A stretch of 64,000 bases of DNA. Source: Curvularia clavata (taxonomy: Eukaryota). The position numbers and the translations under genes are program-made. Below are positions 1-11,616 of the stretch, in pieces. Where the stretch lies: positions 1,426,001 to 1,490,000 of the forward strand of contig CP089280.1 of assembly GCA_023920165.1 (NCBI GenBank), in the 5' to 3' direction. A model generated the notes under the pieces. The model saw only the letters and a program-made list of their open reading frames with translations. It was not told the origin of the DNA and ran no database searches. Each line of letters opens with the position of its first letter. The stretch's first letter is position 1.

Positions 1-164
1 GCTATGCTGGCTGAGCTCATTGAACACCATGCAAGCCATGCAGTACCCAGGTCTTGTCATAATGCATTTAAATCCTCAAATATACACATCTTGAACAACG
101 GCAAACCAATCCAACATCACAACCCCAGCGCTCGGAAATGCCGACTCCCGCTTTTCCGAAGACA

Positions 165-3100
165 CTATCTCTTGAACGCTGCGTCGATCTCCTTGCTGCC
201 CCAATCAATCTCCACCTCTCCGCCATATACATCCTGATTAATCGTGACCATGCGCTCCGACACATTCATGTATGTCTTCTCGCACTCTTTGAGTACCTTG
301 AACACGAGATCGCGACTGATGGATGGGTCGTCTGCGTCGCCGAAATGCTTGTCGACTCGCTTCTTCAGGGACTCGATGCCCTTGCGCAGCTCTTTAGCAT
401 CGTGCGAGTGCACCAGCTTCTTGAACACGGAGCGAGAGTGGGAGGAGCGTTGCGAAATAGCCTGGGCGCTGGCGCCAGGTTGGCCAAGAAGTGTTTCAGT
501 AGACTCAATAAATTCCTGGCTGATGTCAGAGGTCTGTTAAAACCGACCGTCATTGATGTGCTTACCAAAAGTTTGCCCAGTGGCCGCCGAATAACGGCAT
601 CAACGTAGAGGCCCATGTGCTCGCTGTACTCGTCCTGAGCCTTGCCCTTCCAGTACTCGAGGACTGAGACAGCACGACCATCAACTTCCTCCATGTAGTG
701 GTTCATGTTTTCGATAAGCAGAATGTGGTAGTTCAGCGCCTCCTTGTCTTCAGGATCACCCTGCCCTTGTGATGCCATGACGGTAGGAGACTCCTTTGCA
801 ATGACCTTCAAACTCTCAAACATAGCCTTGTTGAGTCTCTGGTATCCATCGTTGACCATGCGGCGGATCTCCAATTGATCGCCACCTTCAGCTGAAGAAG
901 GCAGCATATTTTCGATAGCAACCGCAAAGTGAGGGAAGGTCTTCATGAAGGATATGACGCCCTTGCGCTTCTTGATCTTGACCTTTGTATCCTCGATCGC
1001 GCGTATTTGCTCGTCCAAAAACCGGCTAAAGAGTCCCTGGAGACGCTCGTGTATCTTTTGCAAGTTCCTAGTCAAGAAGTCCTGGTTCGTTTCCTCGATA
1101 TCGAGCAACTTGCGATCTACAGCACAAAGAATGCCTACACCTTGTCTGTGAAAAGTTAGTTACCATCACAGTTAACTCTAGAACAGGACTCACAAAGGAT
1201 CTGCCTTTGTAGCCCAATCAACAAGGCTGGCAATCTCTGCTGGCCAAAACGAGAAGATCTCCTCCATGACCCCAGTCACATGCTTTGCCATGACTCTGTC
1301 TGGCTCAAATTGTTTCCTGATCCACAGATTAGGACCTCGGCGATTTTCCGGAGGCGCTGCCTGTACTGCATCAGGGAAGTCCAGCGAGTCTGTTGATGTA
1401 GCATGGAAGAACTCTGTGATGAAGTTTTGCTCGGTCAGCAGCACAGGGCCTGTATCGTCCAAGACCCTGCTGAAAACGTCATAGGGATGCAGCTTGCCAT
1501 CCTGAGCGGCTGGCTTTGCTTTGCCCTCTTTGCCCTCTTTCCCTTCTTTATCTCCAGAAGCTGCTCTCAGGCCACGTGCCAAAGTTTGGCTTCGTTTGAC
1601 AGTTAGCTTGCGTGCGGTACCTGTGATGCTCTCTGGCTCTTTCTCTTGTGTAGTGAAGAGTAACTCTTGTTCCTCCCCACTAGGTTTCCGAGCAAACTTC
1701 CGCCATGCTAGGATGTTATCGCGAACCTCCTGTTGATACAATTGCGCTGCTTGGTTCTGATACATTCGAAGGAGCATATCCCAAGAAGCCCTGTCAATCT
1801 CCTTGGCAAAGAGCATCACTGGACTCAGCATCCACAGCTCACTTCGACCAGCATCATGTGCTTCAATGTTCTTCTTCAAAGACGGCATGGAACCCTGATC
1901 AAGGTTGGAAAGCGCGTCTTTTGTTGATAAGAAAGCTGCACCAAAGGTGATTTCCATATGCTTCTTGAGTCGCTCAAGAAACATGGTTCCCTCACCGAGA
2001 TACCGATCTCGCTTCTCTTGAAGAGCCTGCATGGTTGCCAGATCGCTATTACCTATTCCTGACCTGCTGTTCATCGGGTTTAGGGCATCGTGGGCGCTTG
2101 CTCGGCTCCCCGCTACAAAGGATGGATCAATGGTAACCAACGCTTTGTAGAGAAGAACTAAAGAAGTCTCAATGTCTTTGAGACCGTTGATCTTTCCTAT
2201 CGGAGCACGTCTGAGGGGTTCCAGTTGGTCTGACGTGATTGAAATAGTATCGACGAGTTGTCGAAGTTCTTGCTGTAGCAAACGCTGGTTGGCAGTCTGA
2301 ACTTGCAGACCCTGGCTTTGAGCTTCGATGAAAGCAATGTCATCGTTCAAACTGCTCAATTCGACATTGTACAGGGTCAACAGACCTTCAAGTTCATCAC
2401 ACTCGGCGATGGCGCGATCTAGCATGCGTTCAACAGCCTCCACACGATCGTCCTTTTGCTCAAGGTGGTTCAGCCAACTTCCTGCTTCGACACGAGCGAT
2501 TTCGCGTTTGATGTCGGCTTCCAGGGACTCAATGTGTTTGTGCGAAAGCTCATTACTACCCCAGCCTAGCTCTGCTAATATGTTGTCGAATTCCAGGCCC
2601 CGTTCGTCGAGGATACTAGGGTCTATACCAAGCTTTGAGATGTTAACAATTTGCTGGTTGGATCTGCGCTTCTTGCGTCGGACTTCTGGCTCTGGCTCAG
2701 CATTCCTTGCAGCTGCCTTTTCTGGAGCTGGCGGGGGCACTTCCTCTTCTAGCTGTTGCGCAACCTCAGGTAAAGTCGGTACTTTCGGCCCAGAGACAGT
2801 AACTGATGGTACTACCTCGGTGCTGATACGCGGTCGTTCTTTCGATGATCGATCTGGTATGGCGGGAGGGGCTTCCTCTGGCCTCTTCTCCTCCTGTTCT
2901 ATTTCTTCTTTTGGCGTCTCTTTCGGTACCAGCCGTTGTGGTACGAACACTGCATTGACGCCATCCGGTTCATCGGATGTTTTTGTGTCTTTGTTGAAGA
3001 GTTTTGCTGCGGCACCACCAGCACGGGGCTTGAAAGCCCCCGCTGCTGCCGCCGCCTTGCGAAACTTGTTTGCTGCACTGTCGTTGGCCAACGACTTTTT

Positions 3101-5174
3101 CACCATGGGGCCGAGACCAGGGCGATGTGAAATCTCGGCCTCTTGTGATTCCATTGGGCTGTTGGTATTTTGAACAGGCTCGGGTTGAGGTTCAGGTTCT
3201 GGCGCTGGCTCAGTTCCCATTGACTGTGATTGTGCAAGGGGCGCGACTGCTGGGTCTTGTACAGGCTCTTGTGGAACAGGAGCTACGGGAATTCGTGGCA
3301 AGGGAGAGGTGGGTGGTGGCGTAGGTTGTGACGTAGGTAGTGTTGCTTCGGAGCGTACAATGCTATCTTGAGAAGTAGGCTTTAGCCTCTCAGGCGTCTC
3401 TTGAGGTCTCCTTCTAGGCGGAACTTCTATTGGTGGAGCAGGCGATCCTGAGGGTGTATGGAAGGCTGAACGCGAGTCTGTGCCTTGGCTATCAAAACTA
3501 CGTTGTGAAAGTTGAGATGGACGCGTTTCCATAGTTGGCCTTCTCCGCTGTGGAGGCTCTTCTGGGGGGGTGTCGTCGTGTCGATTGAAGTTTGAACTGG
3601 CGTTGCTTTGAGAAGTACCTGGTCGAACAGCACTCTGGGACGTGCCAGGCCTTAGACCTCTAGGAGATGGATCTCTCCTTGGCGAAGCAAAGTCTCTTGG
3701 TCTACGTGCGTCTGGTGTCGAGATGCCTGGCGATGCACCATCCAGCGATCGCTCGTCGAATGACCTCTCTGATCGCTGAGACTGGCCATCTTCAAGGGGT
3801 GGCCCACGTCCGGGACTGAGAGTTGTTGAGAGTTTTGCGGAATCTGGAGTCTTGGGCCGACTAGCAAACTCTGAAGCTGATGACTGAGGGGTCAGGTTTC
3901 GCGACGCAAAGGGTGGTGTTGGCGGAACGGCATTGGGACCAGGACTCGGGCTGGGACCTGAACCTGGACCCTGACCAGGGCGGGGCCGCATACTATCCCC
4001 ACTGGGTCGCGCTCGAATACTCGGATCCATTGGCCGCTTTTGTCTCAGGTCAGGCATGGATGGCGGAGCTTGCATCTGGTTCGGCAGAAAAGGTGGACGT
4101 CTACGAGCTTCGTCACCTGTATTTGGTCGATCTCCAGAGCGAAGGTCCTCGTCTGGTCGACCGGGCCTTCTTGGACCCTGAAGTTCTCCCGGTGGCCTCC
4201 TAAAGTTTGGATTTGGTCCAAGAGGAGCTCCTCTTCTGCTATCATCTGCTGGGAGGGGCGACACTTCTCCGGGTCTCCTTGGAGGAGGCCCACCCGCCCT
4301 TGGGGCTCCAGGTCTCTGCTCCGATGGACCTGGCCGCGGGCTTGTGCCTGCTTGGCCACCTGCTGCAAACGCGGCGCGGCCCTCTGCTGTGGCAAGATGC
4401 GGTTGTCCATTTGTAAGGCTGTTTAATTCGGCCGCACTGAATCCGCTCAAAAGAGGAAAATCTCCTTTTGTGTACTTGTTGTAAATCTTAACCATGCTCC
4501 CGATGAAGAACTCCTTCTCTTTCGCAGTACCAGCTTCCCAATAGTACGGCTTGCTAATAGTCACCGCAAAGCCTTTGTCTCCTGCCCATTGCTTGCGCTG
4601 CGCTTCCTCTTCATTCGTAGGAGTTCCGTGGACAAAGTTCTCGACAGCGGATAGCTCTTCCATGGGCCATGATTTTCCGATAGAGAAGGTACCGTTGGCG
4701 TTTTCTCTTGCTTTGTGCAACTTAACTCTGCCTGTGTTGCGCACCGATATCATGATGATTCTCGCCTTCTTGTTTGAAGGCGGCGAGTTTGGCGGAGGGG
4801 GAGCCTGAGGATATGCGCCATCTTCCTGGACGCGAATGTGTGTAATGTACGATTCCTGGACTAGGATGTGTCAGTGTGGTTCAGGCAAAGTCTAGCATTC
4901 CACAGGATAGGTAAGACCTAGCCGTATGTCCCAGCTGTATTGGTGGTAGCATCCAGAAACACGTACGCTGTCCCTGCTCGTCCAACTTGGAGAAGCAGCT
5001 CTCAGTAATCCTCCGTCGCTCGTCGTCAAATCTCTCTGCGCGCGACATTCCGGAGGGCGTAGAGCTCGAGCCTGCAGAAGGAGGGACTCCTCTTGAGCCT
5101 CCAGCGGGCGGCCGGTTTGGGGGAGCTCGAGGATCCCCGCCTCCATTGGTGTAGTTGCGTGGCCTCCCGTCCAT
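165..5174 (-). CDS. SEC3: Exocyst complex component Sec3; 4 exons (approx. 5174-4967, 4860-1194, 1145-566, 515-165)
   Basis: N-terminal PIP2-binding PH-like region (YITHIRVQED...LHKARENANGTFSIGKSW), long Pro/Arg/Ser-rich linker, coiled coil with LQVQTANQRLL, and a Sec3 C-terminal helical region (ILLIENMNHY). GT-AG introns join ORFs 4881..5237, 1190..4753, 365..1108 and 165..428. Confidence 0.93.
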
Positions 5175-5353
5175 GTTGATTTGCGCCTCTACGACTACAC
5201 CCTGGCTGGCCTCGAGTTCAGGTGAATGATACACCAATTACTGTCGCCCAGCGGTAGCGAGGGTTACTCGTGGTGCTGCCATCAATGGGAATCGGGGTAG
5301 CGGTGGGTCCTTGCGATGCTGAGCTGGTTGGCCGGTTGGTCGGCCATCAATGA

Positions 5354-5396
5354 GCGATGAGCGTCGGGCAGCAATCGATATGGAATGCAAAATTTC
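5354..5396 (+). promoter_or_regulatory. PAC (GCGATGAG) and RRPE-like (AAAATTTC) motifs upstream of the SRP40-like gene
   Basis: Exact GCGATGAG at 5354-5361 and AAAATTTC at 5389-5396, about 300 bp upstream of a nucleolar gene. Function in this fungus is inferred from yeast ribosome-biogenesis promoters. Confidence 0.35.
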
Positions 5397-5684
5397 GGCG
5401 GGCCGTGGGAACTGAGGCAAATATGTGCGAAGAAGAGCAGCGTAAAGAGAGAGTGAAAAGCCCCAGGCGTCTCTTTGCGCGGACGAGCAACGTCTGGTGT
5501 CGTGTACTCCCTCGCCCATATGAGACGGCAGGCGCGCGGGACCAGGATCACGCTTGCGGCTTAGCGCCATTTGAGGTGCATTCCGCCCGCCGTAACTTTT
5601 TTCTCTCGCGCGCCATTGCGACCTTTACTTCTCCACAATTCATCCGCATCACCTCAACGCGACACACGGCTCCGATTGCGCATC

Positions 5685-6890
5685 ATGGCCGCCGATAAGA
5701 AGCTCTCCAAGAAGTCCAGCGCCGGCAAAAGGCAGACAAAGGCAACAGCAACTGCCCAAGTGCCACTTGATCTCGTGAAGAAATTCCTCGAGCAGCAAGG
5801 TGAAAAAGGCGCTGCTAGCAAGCTTGAGGGATTTGAAAAATGGGAGAAGAGTGGAAGCGCTAGCAAAACTCAGGATGCGCCTGAGCCTATGGACGTTGAC
5901 GAGGACAGCGCTTCCAGCAGCGACTCCAGCAGCGATTCCGACAGCGATTCCGACAGCGACTCTAGCAGCGAGTCCAGCAGCGAGTCGGAGGCCGAGACAA
6001 AGCCTCAAAAGACAAAGAAGGCCACTCCCAAAAAGGCACCTGTGACGAAGGACGACTCGAGCTCATCAAGTTCGGACTCGAGCTCAGATTCGAGCTCAGA
6101 CTCTTCAGACTCCGAGTCGGAACAGGAAAGCGCCCCTGTCAAACCAAAAGCGAAGAAAGCCAAATCCGTGTCGTCGTCTTCAGCGTCTTCATCCAGCGAC
6201 TCCAGCGATTCGGATAGTAGCTCTGATGACGAACCTGCTAAGATTGCTCTGCCCGAGTCTGATTCTTCCGACGCTTCATCGTCTAGCGACTCCGATAGCG
6301 ACTCCGATAGCGACTCCGACAGCGACTCTGATAGCGACAGCAGCTCTGACTCCGACGTGGAGAAGAAGACCAGCAAGGCGAACAAGGGCAAGAAGGCTGC
6401 TTCACCCTCATCTTCGTCCTCTTCTAGCGCTTCAGATTCGAGTGATTCCAGCGACTCTAGCGATTCTAGCGACTCCAGCGACTCCAGCGACTCTGACAGC
6501 GACTCCGATTCTGAGGCAGAAAAGAAGACAAAATCTGCTCAGCTTGAGCGCAAGGGCTCTGCCAGCGACTCGTCTCAGACCCTGCCCGCAGCATCGCCTG
6601 TACCCTCTAGCAACAAGCGCAAGGCCGATTCACCTTCGGCAGACGCCCCCAAGTCAAAGCGAAGTCACGTCGAGAACCGATTCCAGCGCATTAAGCCCGA
6701 TACGCAGGTCGACCCAAGGCTCGCAAGCAACGCATACGTTCCATATGATTATGCCAATCGCGCTCATGCCAAGTTGATCGTTACAAAGGGAAAAGGGTTC
6801 ACCAAGGAAAAGAACAAGGGAAAGAGAGGCTCCTACCGGGGCGGCATGATTGACACATCCGGCGGAAAGGGCATCAAGTTCGAGGACTAG
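5685..6890 (+). CDS. SRP40: SRP40/Nopp140-like nucleolar phosphoprotein
   Basis: Alternating Ser/Asp tracts and Lys-rich blocks, ending in the SRP40 C-terminal motif (AHAKLIVTKGKGFTKEKNKGKRGSYRGGMID...IKFED). First ATG at 5685. Confidence 0.9.
   Translation: MAADKKLSKKSSAGKRQTKATATAQVPLDLVKKFLEQQGEKGAASKLEGFEKWEKSGSASKTQDAPEPMDVDEDSASSSDSSSDSDSDSDSDSSSESSSESEAETKPQKTKKATPKKAPVTKDDSSSSSSDSSSDSSSDSSDSESEQESAPVKPKAKKAKSVSSSSASSSSDSSDSDSSSDDEPAKIALPESDSSDASSSSDSDSDSDSDSDSDSDSDSSSDSDVEKKTSKANKGKKAASPSSSSSSSASDSSDSSDSSDSSDSSDSSDSDSDSDSEAEKKTKSAQLERKGSASDSSQTLPAASPVPSSNKRKADSPSADAPKSKRSHVENRFQRIKPDTQVDPRLASNAYVPYDYANRAHAKLIVTKGKGFTKEKNKGKRGSYRGGMIDTSGGKGIKFED
5900..6512 (+). repeat. Coding low-complexity AGCGACTCC/GAT-type repeats (Ser-Asp tracts of SRP40)
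   Basis: Recurrent agcgactcc/agcgattcc units encode SDS/SSD runs. Confidence 0.8.
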
Positions 6891-7432
6891 ACGGTAGATC
6901 AACTTCCCAAAGATTCTTTCAAGGTTCATACATTCCGCCATTTCAAACGCATCCCACACGTTCAATTATCCAGCCCGAAGGAAACAACAATTGTGCTGGT
7001 ACGAGCAAAGGAGCAGAAATGACGGTGGATTGACTGTGAATCCATGAAGATGGTATAAAACACCATGGATTCTGGCGAATTGGAGTTATTATGTACACCA
7101 AAAGCAACATACCCTTCGATGGCGGTACTTGACATTAGATTTTGAGTCTATGCCCAATTTTCCCTTAGCTATCTGACTAGATCAATAGATGTCTATTTTG
7201 ATTCTGTATAACCATTCTCAAACTATCTGTGATCTTGCGTACAAGTCCTGGGTCGCAGCATTCAGGCGCTTCCAGTTTCACAGGATTTTGTTTTCCCCTT
7301 TACGTTGTGTGCTTACTTGTACATTTCCTATCGTCGTTCCAAACGCTAATGCCTGTAAATTTCCATACCTCGGTCGATAATAATATCAGATCCCAAGCCT
7401 TGTTACGCTGCACTAATCATCCACCCGGTTTC

Positions 7433-7789
7433 CTATGCTTTTTCCCCGTCCTGGCTGAACTCGACTGGAAGGTTCATGCCAACTCTCCTCGCGCTCAATC
7501 GTACCCTTTCCTCCTCAGTCATGCCCATACCGGGATTGTACCGCTCCAGAAGCGTCGCATATGTCCGTTGCGCTTGCACATATTGTACGAATTGCTCTGC
7601 CTGTTGAATCTGTTCTTGCGTACTCGAGCCGGCCTTCGGTGTAACGATGCTTGATCGTATGCTTTTTTGAAGAGGGGACGGCGCAGATAGCTTTTGGTGC
7701 CGTGTGCGGGTCGTTTGGGGTGTTGAGGGGAGTTCGCGGAGGAGACGGCGGTAGAGAGAGCGGATTTGCGGTGTTACAGATTGTGCCAT
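7433..7789 (-). CDS. FMC1: Mitochondrial ATP synthase assembly factor Fmc1 (LYR-motif protein)
   Basis: LYRRLLREL near the N-terminus and the characteristic QRTYATLLERYNPGM...EEERVRLSARRVGMNLP C-terminus. Confidence 0.88.
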   Translation of the reverse strand: MAQSVTPQIRSLYRRLLRELPSTPQTTRTRHQKLSAPSPLQKSIRSSIVTPKAGSSTQEQIQQAEQFVQYVQAQRTYATLLERYNPGMGMTEEERVRLSARRVGMNLPVEFSQDGEKA

Positions 7790-8000
7790 TGTAGCGGTTG
7801 TAGTCTGGATTCAATAACTCGGGATCGTCGGAGCACACAGTAGCCACCAGTTGGCTATAGATTGAGTCGTCGTGGCTGATATGGAGTCGAAGTTCGCCGC
7901 GGAGGTGCTGCGGCGAAAAGTTGCAGGAGAGCACGGACCATGCGTGAACTCGACATACACACATCGGATTCGGTTGCTAAACTCCATAAAAATACAAGCA

Positions 8001-9590
8001 ATGAATGGTCTTCCGCTGAAACCAGGCTATGTATGCCGTCATTGCATACACAGTCTCTCCCGTCAGCACCCCAGCCTTTTCACACGAACACAGCTACGAT
8101 CACATACAGCCGATGCTTTTTCAGAGGTACCGAACGCGAGATTGCGGCTCCAGAAACACTGGAGTGGCGATGCCAAAGCTAAATACAGATCAAAGCCACC
8201 AATACAGAGTGCGCTGCATATGAGCAAGACGCAAAGTAGCTATCACCTGGAACTGGCCGATGAACAAAAATCGTCTGAGACGGGAGGTGGGTTATCATCA
8301 GAGGAACCACGACCACTCTCAATGAGAGAAAGACGGCAGCGGAGAAGAGAAGGGACACTCAGGTCACCACAAGTACGTGTAAATCCAGCCCATTTACCGG
8401 AACGGGTGAAGCGAGAGCTAGAGGCCCAACCGGAAAGCATGAGGCCACTAGAGGGGATGAAGGAGGTGATATCTTCTGAAACCTCGGTACCACAAGAACT
8501 TGAAACTGGATGTTCTTTATCCCCAAACGGGCACTCAGAGTCATCAGAAATATCCAGAAGTAGTGGACAGAGACGTTCACGAAAAGGCAAGGCTACCGAA
8601 GTGATGGAGGAGCTTCAACCGTCTACACCCTCGCCCCCACTCGGCTCAAGGCGCAAATCCGAACCTGCCCTCGCTTCCATAAAGCCAGAACTCCCTTCCA
8701 GCCATGTGAAGCTTCATTTTAGTAAACTGGAAGACTTTCATTGGTACTGGGAGTCGTTCCCGCCAACGATTGCGCAAAAGACGCAGGCAAATCACTTTTT
8801 CACAAACAATAGTAAGAACGCAAAGTTACTTCGAAGTATAGCACAATTCCGCATGTTCCCAGAGTCAGACGTGCCTGAGGTCGCTTTTGTCGGTCGCTCT
8901 AATGTTGGCAAGAGCTCACTGTTAAACGCTGTTGTAAATGCGGACATCAAGGCGCTGTTAGCTCGCACGTCATCAACGCCAGGCTTCACCAAAACGATGA
9001 ATCTCTACGGCTTAGGGGCTGGGAATGGCGTGACAATCAAGAAGCAACCAAGTGGACGTGACAAGATCGTAGGCATCAGTGGTTTGACGATTGTCGATAT
9101 GCCCGGGTACGGTGAGGGCTCGCTGGCCTCTTGGGGAGTAGAGATTATGAAGTACATACGCAGTCGCAAACAACTTCGCCGTGTCTTTGTTCTATTGGAC
9201 GCTGAACATGGTATCAAGGACAAGGACCGTTCACTGCTGGCTTCCCTACGTCTAGCTGGTGTTAGCCACCAAGTCATCCTTTCCAAACTCGACAAGATCT
9301 ACATCCCCAATGCCAAAGACATCAAGCGCTTTGATGGAAAATCCGCTCGTCGTTTGGCACCAAAGGGTACGCCAGAAAGCCTTAGGCAGGCCATGGAGCG
9401 ATTGAAAAATGAGATCCAGCCACCAGTCGGAGGAGGCGCATTGGGCGAGATACTGGGTGTGAGTGCTGAGACGATGGTTGATGGCAAGCGATTGGGAATC
9501 GATCATGTGAGATTTGCTATTCTGAAAGCAGTGGGCTTGGATGCAAATTTCAAGAAAGATATCACTACACCTTGGGCGAAGGATCGGTAA
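8001..9590 (+). CDS. EngB/YihA-family GTP-binding protein (probably mitochondrial, Mrx8-like)
   Basis: PEVAFVGRSNVGKSSLLN (G1), TPGFT (G2), DMPGYG (G3), SKLD (G4), VSA (G5). Long Arg-rich N-terminal extension. Confidence 0.88.
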   Translation: MNGLPLKPGYVCRHCIHSLSRQHPSLFTRTQLRSHTADAFSEVPNARLRLQKHWSGDAKAKYRSKPPIQSALHMSKTQSSYHLELADEQKSSETGGGLSSEEPRPLSMRERRQRRREGTLRSPQVRVNPAHLPERVKRELEAQPESMRPLEGMKEVISSETSVPQELETGCSLSPNGHSESSEISRSSGQRRSRKGKATEVMEELQPSTPSPPLGSRRKSEPALASIKPELPSSHVKLHFSKLEDFHWYWESFPPTIAQKTQANHFFTNNSKNAKLLRSIAQFRMFPESDVPEVAFVGRSNVGKSSLLNAVVNADIKALLARTSSTPGFTKTMNLYGLGAGNGVTIKKQPSGRDKIVGISGLTIVDMPGYGEGSLASWGVEIMKYIRSRKQLRRVFVLLDAEHGIKDKDRSLLASLRLAGVSHQVILSKLDKIYIPNAKDIKRFDGKSARRLAPKGTPESLRQAMERLKNEIQPPVGGGALGEILGVSAETMVDGKRLGIDHVRFAILKAVGLDANFKKDITTPWAKDR

Positions 9591-10096
9591 TAGTGGCAAA
9601 GACAGTTTTTGGATACTCCTGCTGTATGATTTTGGCTTCGACTTCGATTCTAATAGCCAAGTTGGGGACACATCAGTCAGACGTTAGTTCGCCAATTGCT
9701 GATGTACGAGTAAAGCAAACAAATGCACTACGCCAATTTCAAATAGAATCGATATATCGCCCAATCGTGTTTGCTGCTGGGATAATCGAGCCAAGCTCTG
9801 TGAGGAAGGTTTCGCATGCTGATCTGCCGCCGACGTTTCCTTGCGGGGAAGTGGGTTCGGCGAAACTCCGACGGTGGTTTAGCCGTGAAGGGACAACCTG
9901 CAGCAAGACTCGGAACGGCTAACATGCAATAGCTTGAGACCTACCGGCGGAATTATCCGATCGAGATCAGCACCAGATGTCCAATGGTCTTTGAGTGTGG
10001 ACAGAAGGTCGGCCGAAAACTCCGTTTCTCTTATGTATATGAGCGGTTTACCATGGTTACGTATCCCTCCGTTATCACGATTTCAATCTCGAAAAG

Positions 10097-11125
10097 ATGC
10101 GTATTCTCATTACAGGAGCCGCCGGCTTCATTGGCCAACTTGTTGCGAAGAAGCTGCTGGAAGACAAGAAAGCAGCTCACTCACTTGTTCTGACGGATAT
10201 TATCGAGCCTCCGATCCCAACCAACACCCATTCTTCTAGCAATGTTCAGGCCATCAAAGCAGATCTATGCACACAATCCGAGGCTGTAGTTACAAAGGAC
10301 ATCGAAGCCGCCTTTGTCTTCCATGGAATCATGTCCTCTGGGGCTGAAGCCGATTTCGACTTGGGCATGAAAGCAAACTTTGACGCTACCCGCGCTCTTC
10401 TGGAAACAATGAGAAAGACATGTCCCGGAGCACGCGTCATCTACGCTTCCAGCCAGGCCGTATACAACAATTCGGTTACCCTCCCGGTAACGGAATCCCA
10501 AATGCCAACCCCAGAGACAAGCTACGGCGCCGAGAAAATGATGTGCGAGTATCTCATCACAGAGTACACACGCCGCGGCTTCATTGACGGCATCTCATTG
10601 CGCTTTCCCACCGTCTGCGTGCGTCCAGGCAAGCCAACTGCAGCAGCGAGTTCTTTCATCAGCGGTTTGATCCGCGAGCCTATGAATGGCATCAAGTGTG
10701 TGATCCCAATCGAGAACAAGCAGTGGCGTCACTGGCTCTGTTCCCCGCGGATCCTAGTCCAGAACCTTGTCTACGCTGCTACAAAGTTCGACACCAACCG
10801 CCTTGCCAAGTTCGACCGCGCCATCAATTTCCCTGGCATTGGTGTTTCCCTTCAGGAAATGATTGATTCGCTCGAAAGAGTAGGTGGAAAGGATAAGTTG
10901 GCGCTGCTGGAGACAAAAGAAGAGCCAGCTGTAAAGACGATATTGGAGTCGTGGCCAGCGGAGTTTGATAACAAGAAGGCTTTGGATCTGGGATTCGAGA
11001 GGGACACAGGGTTTGATCAGATTGTTAGGGACTATGTAGAGAGCTTACAGGCTACAGTGAGTGAGAAAATGGTGGGAGAGAAGGTTGAGGGTATGAGAGT
11101 GAATGCTATAGAAGTAATGACATAG
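10097..11125 (+). CDS. NAD-dependent epimerase/dehydratase of the D-erythronate dehydrogenase (DenD)-like subgroup; intronless
   Basis: ITGAAGFIG Rossmann motif, SYGAEK (YxxxK), and the subfamily signatures AEADFDLG and RRGFIDG..LRFPTVCVRPGKPTAAASSF.SGLIREP. Confidence 0.82.
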   Translation: MRILITGAAGFIGQLVAKKLLEDKKAAHSLVLTDIIEPPIPTNTHSSSNVQAIKADLCTQSEAVVTKDIEAAFVFHGIMSSGAEADFDLGMKANFDATRALLETMRKTCPGARVIYASSQAVYNNSVTLPVTESQMPTPETSYGAEKMMCEYLITEYTRRGFIDGISLRFPTVCVRPGKPTAAASSFISGLIREPMNGIKCVIPIENKQWRHWLCSPRILVQNLVYAATKFDTNRLAKFDRAINFPGIGVSLQEMIDSLERVGGKDKLALLETKEEPAVKTILESWPAEFDNKKALDLGFERDTGFDQIVRDYVESLQATVSEKMVGEKVEGMRVNAIEVMT

Positions 11126-11616
11126 GGTAGAGAGATGTGGTAATAGAGATACTTGGCGTTTAACTAGATATTTAGAAGATCAACATTACGAACATGTGAT
11201 AAATTGTGTGATGAAAACCTATACATGACGTTTAACATCGTTGTCATCATCTTGAACTCTCGACTCAATTCCCATTCGATCGCCAAAGTATCTGATTCAC
11301 TGACCACTTGGCAAAAATCCTCCAAACAGTCGTAGTGCGCGCCAACCACCTCGGCCAAAACGCCGTGATTTACAGTCTTGGCTAACAGCTCACCTGCATA
11401 GTAGTAGGCTTTAGCAATCTCATCAGTTTACCCGGCACACATCATCCGTGTAATGCGGGGTGATTTGATACGCGGGGAAGTATCCACAGTCAAAATGCTT
11501 ACCATAAATAGCCTTCCGGAGACTTATTTGACTCCGGATTTTGCTTGATACGGCTTTTACAAGTTGAGGGAGCGATCCAGTTTCATTTCAGCGCAGTGTG
11601 CTTCTACTTGCTTACC

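Noticed and set aside
2328..3173. Long antisense ORFs (e.g. 2328..3173, 23728..24462, 28389..29207, 31074..31724, 49364..50011)
   Set aside because: Shadow frames opposite well-supported genes, expected from codon bias.
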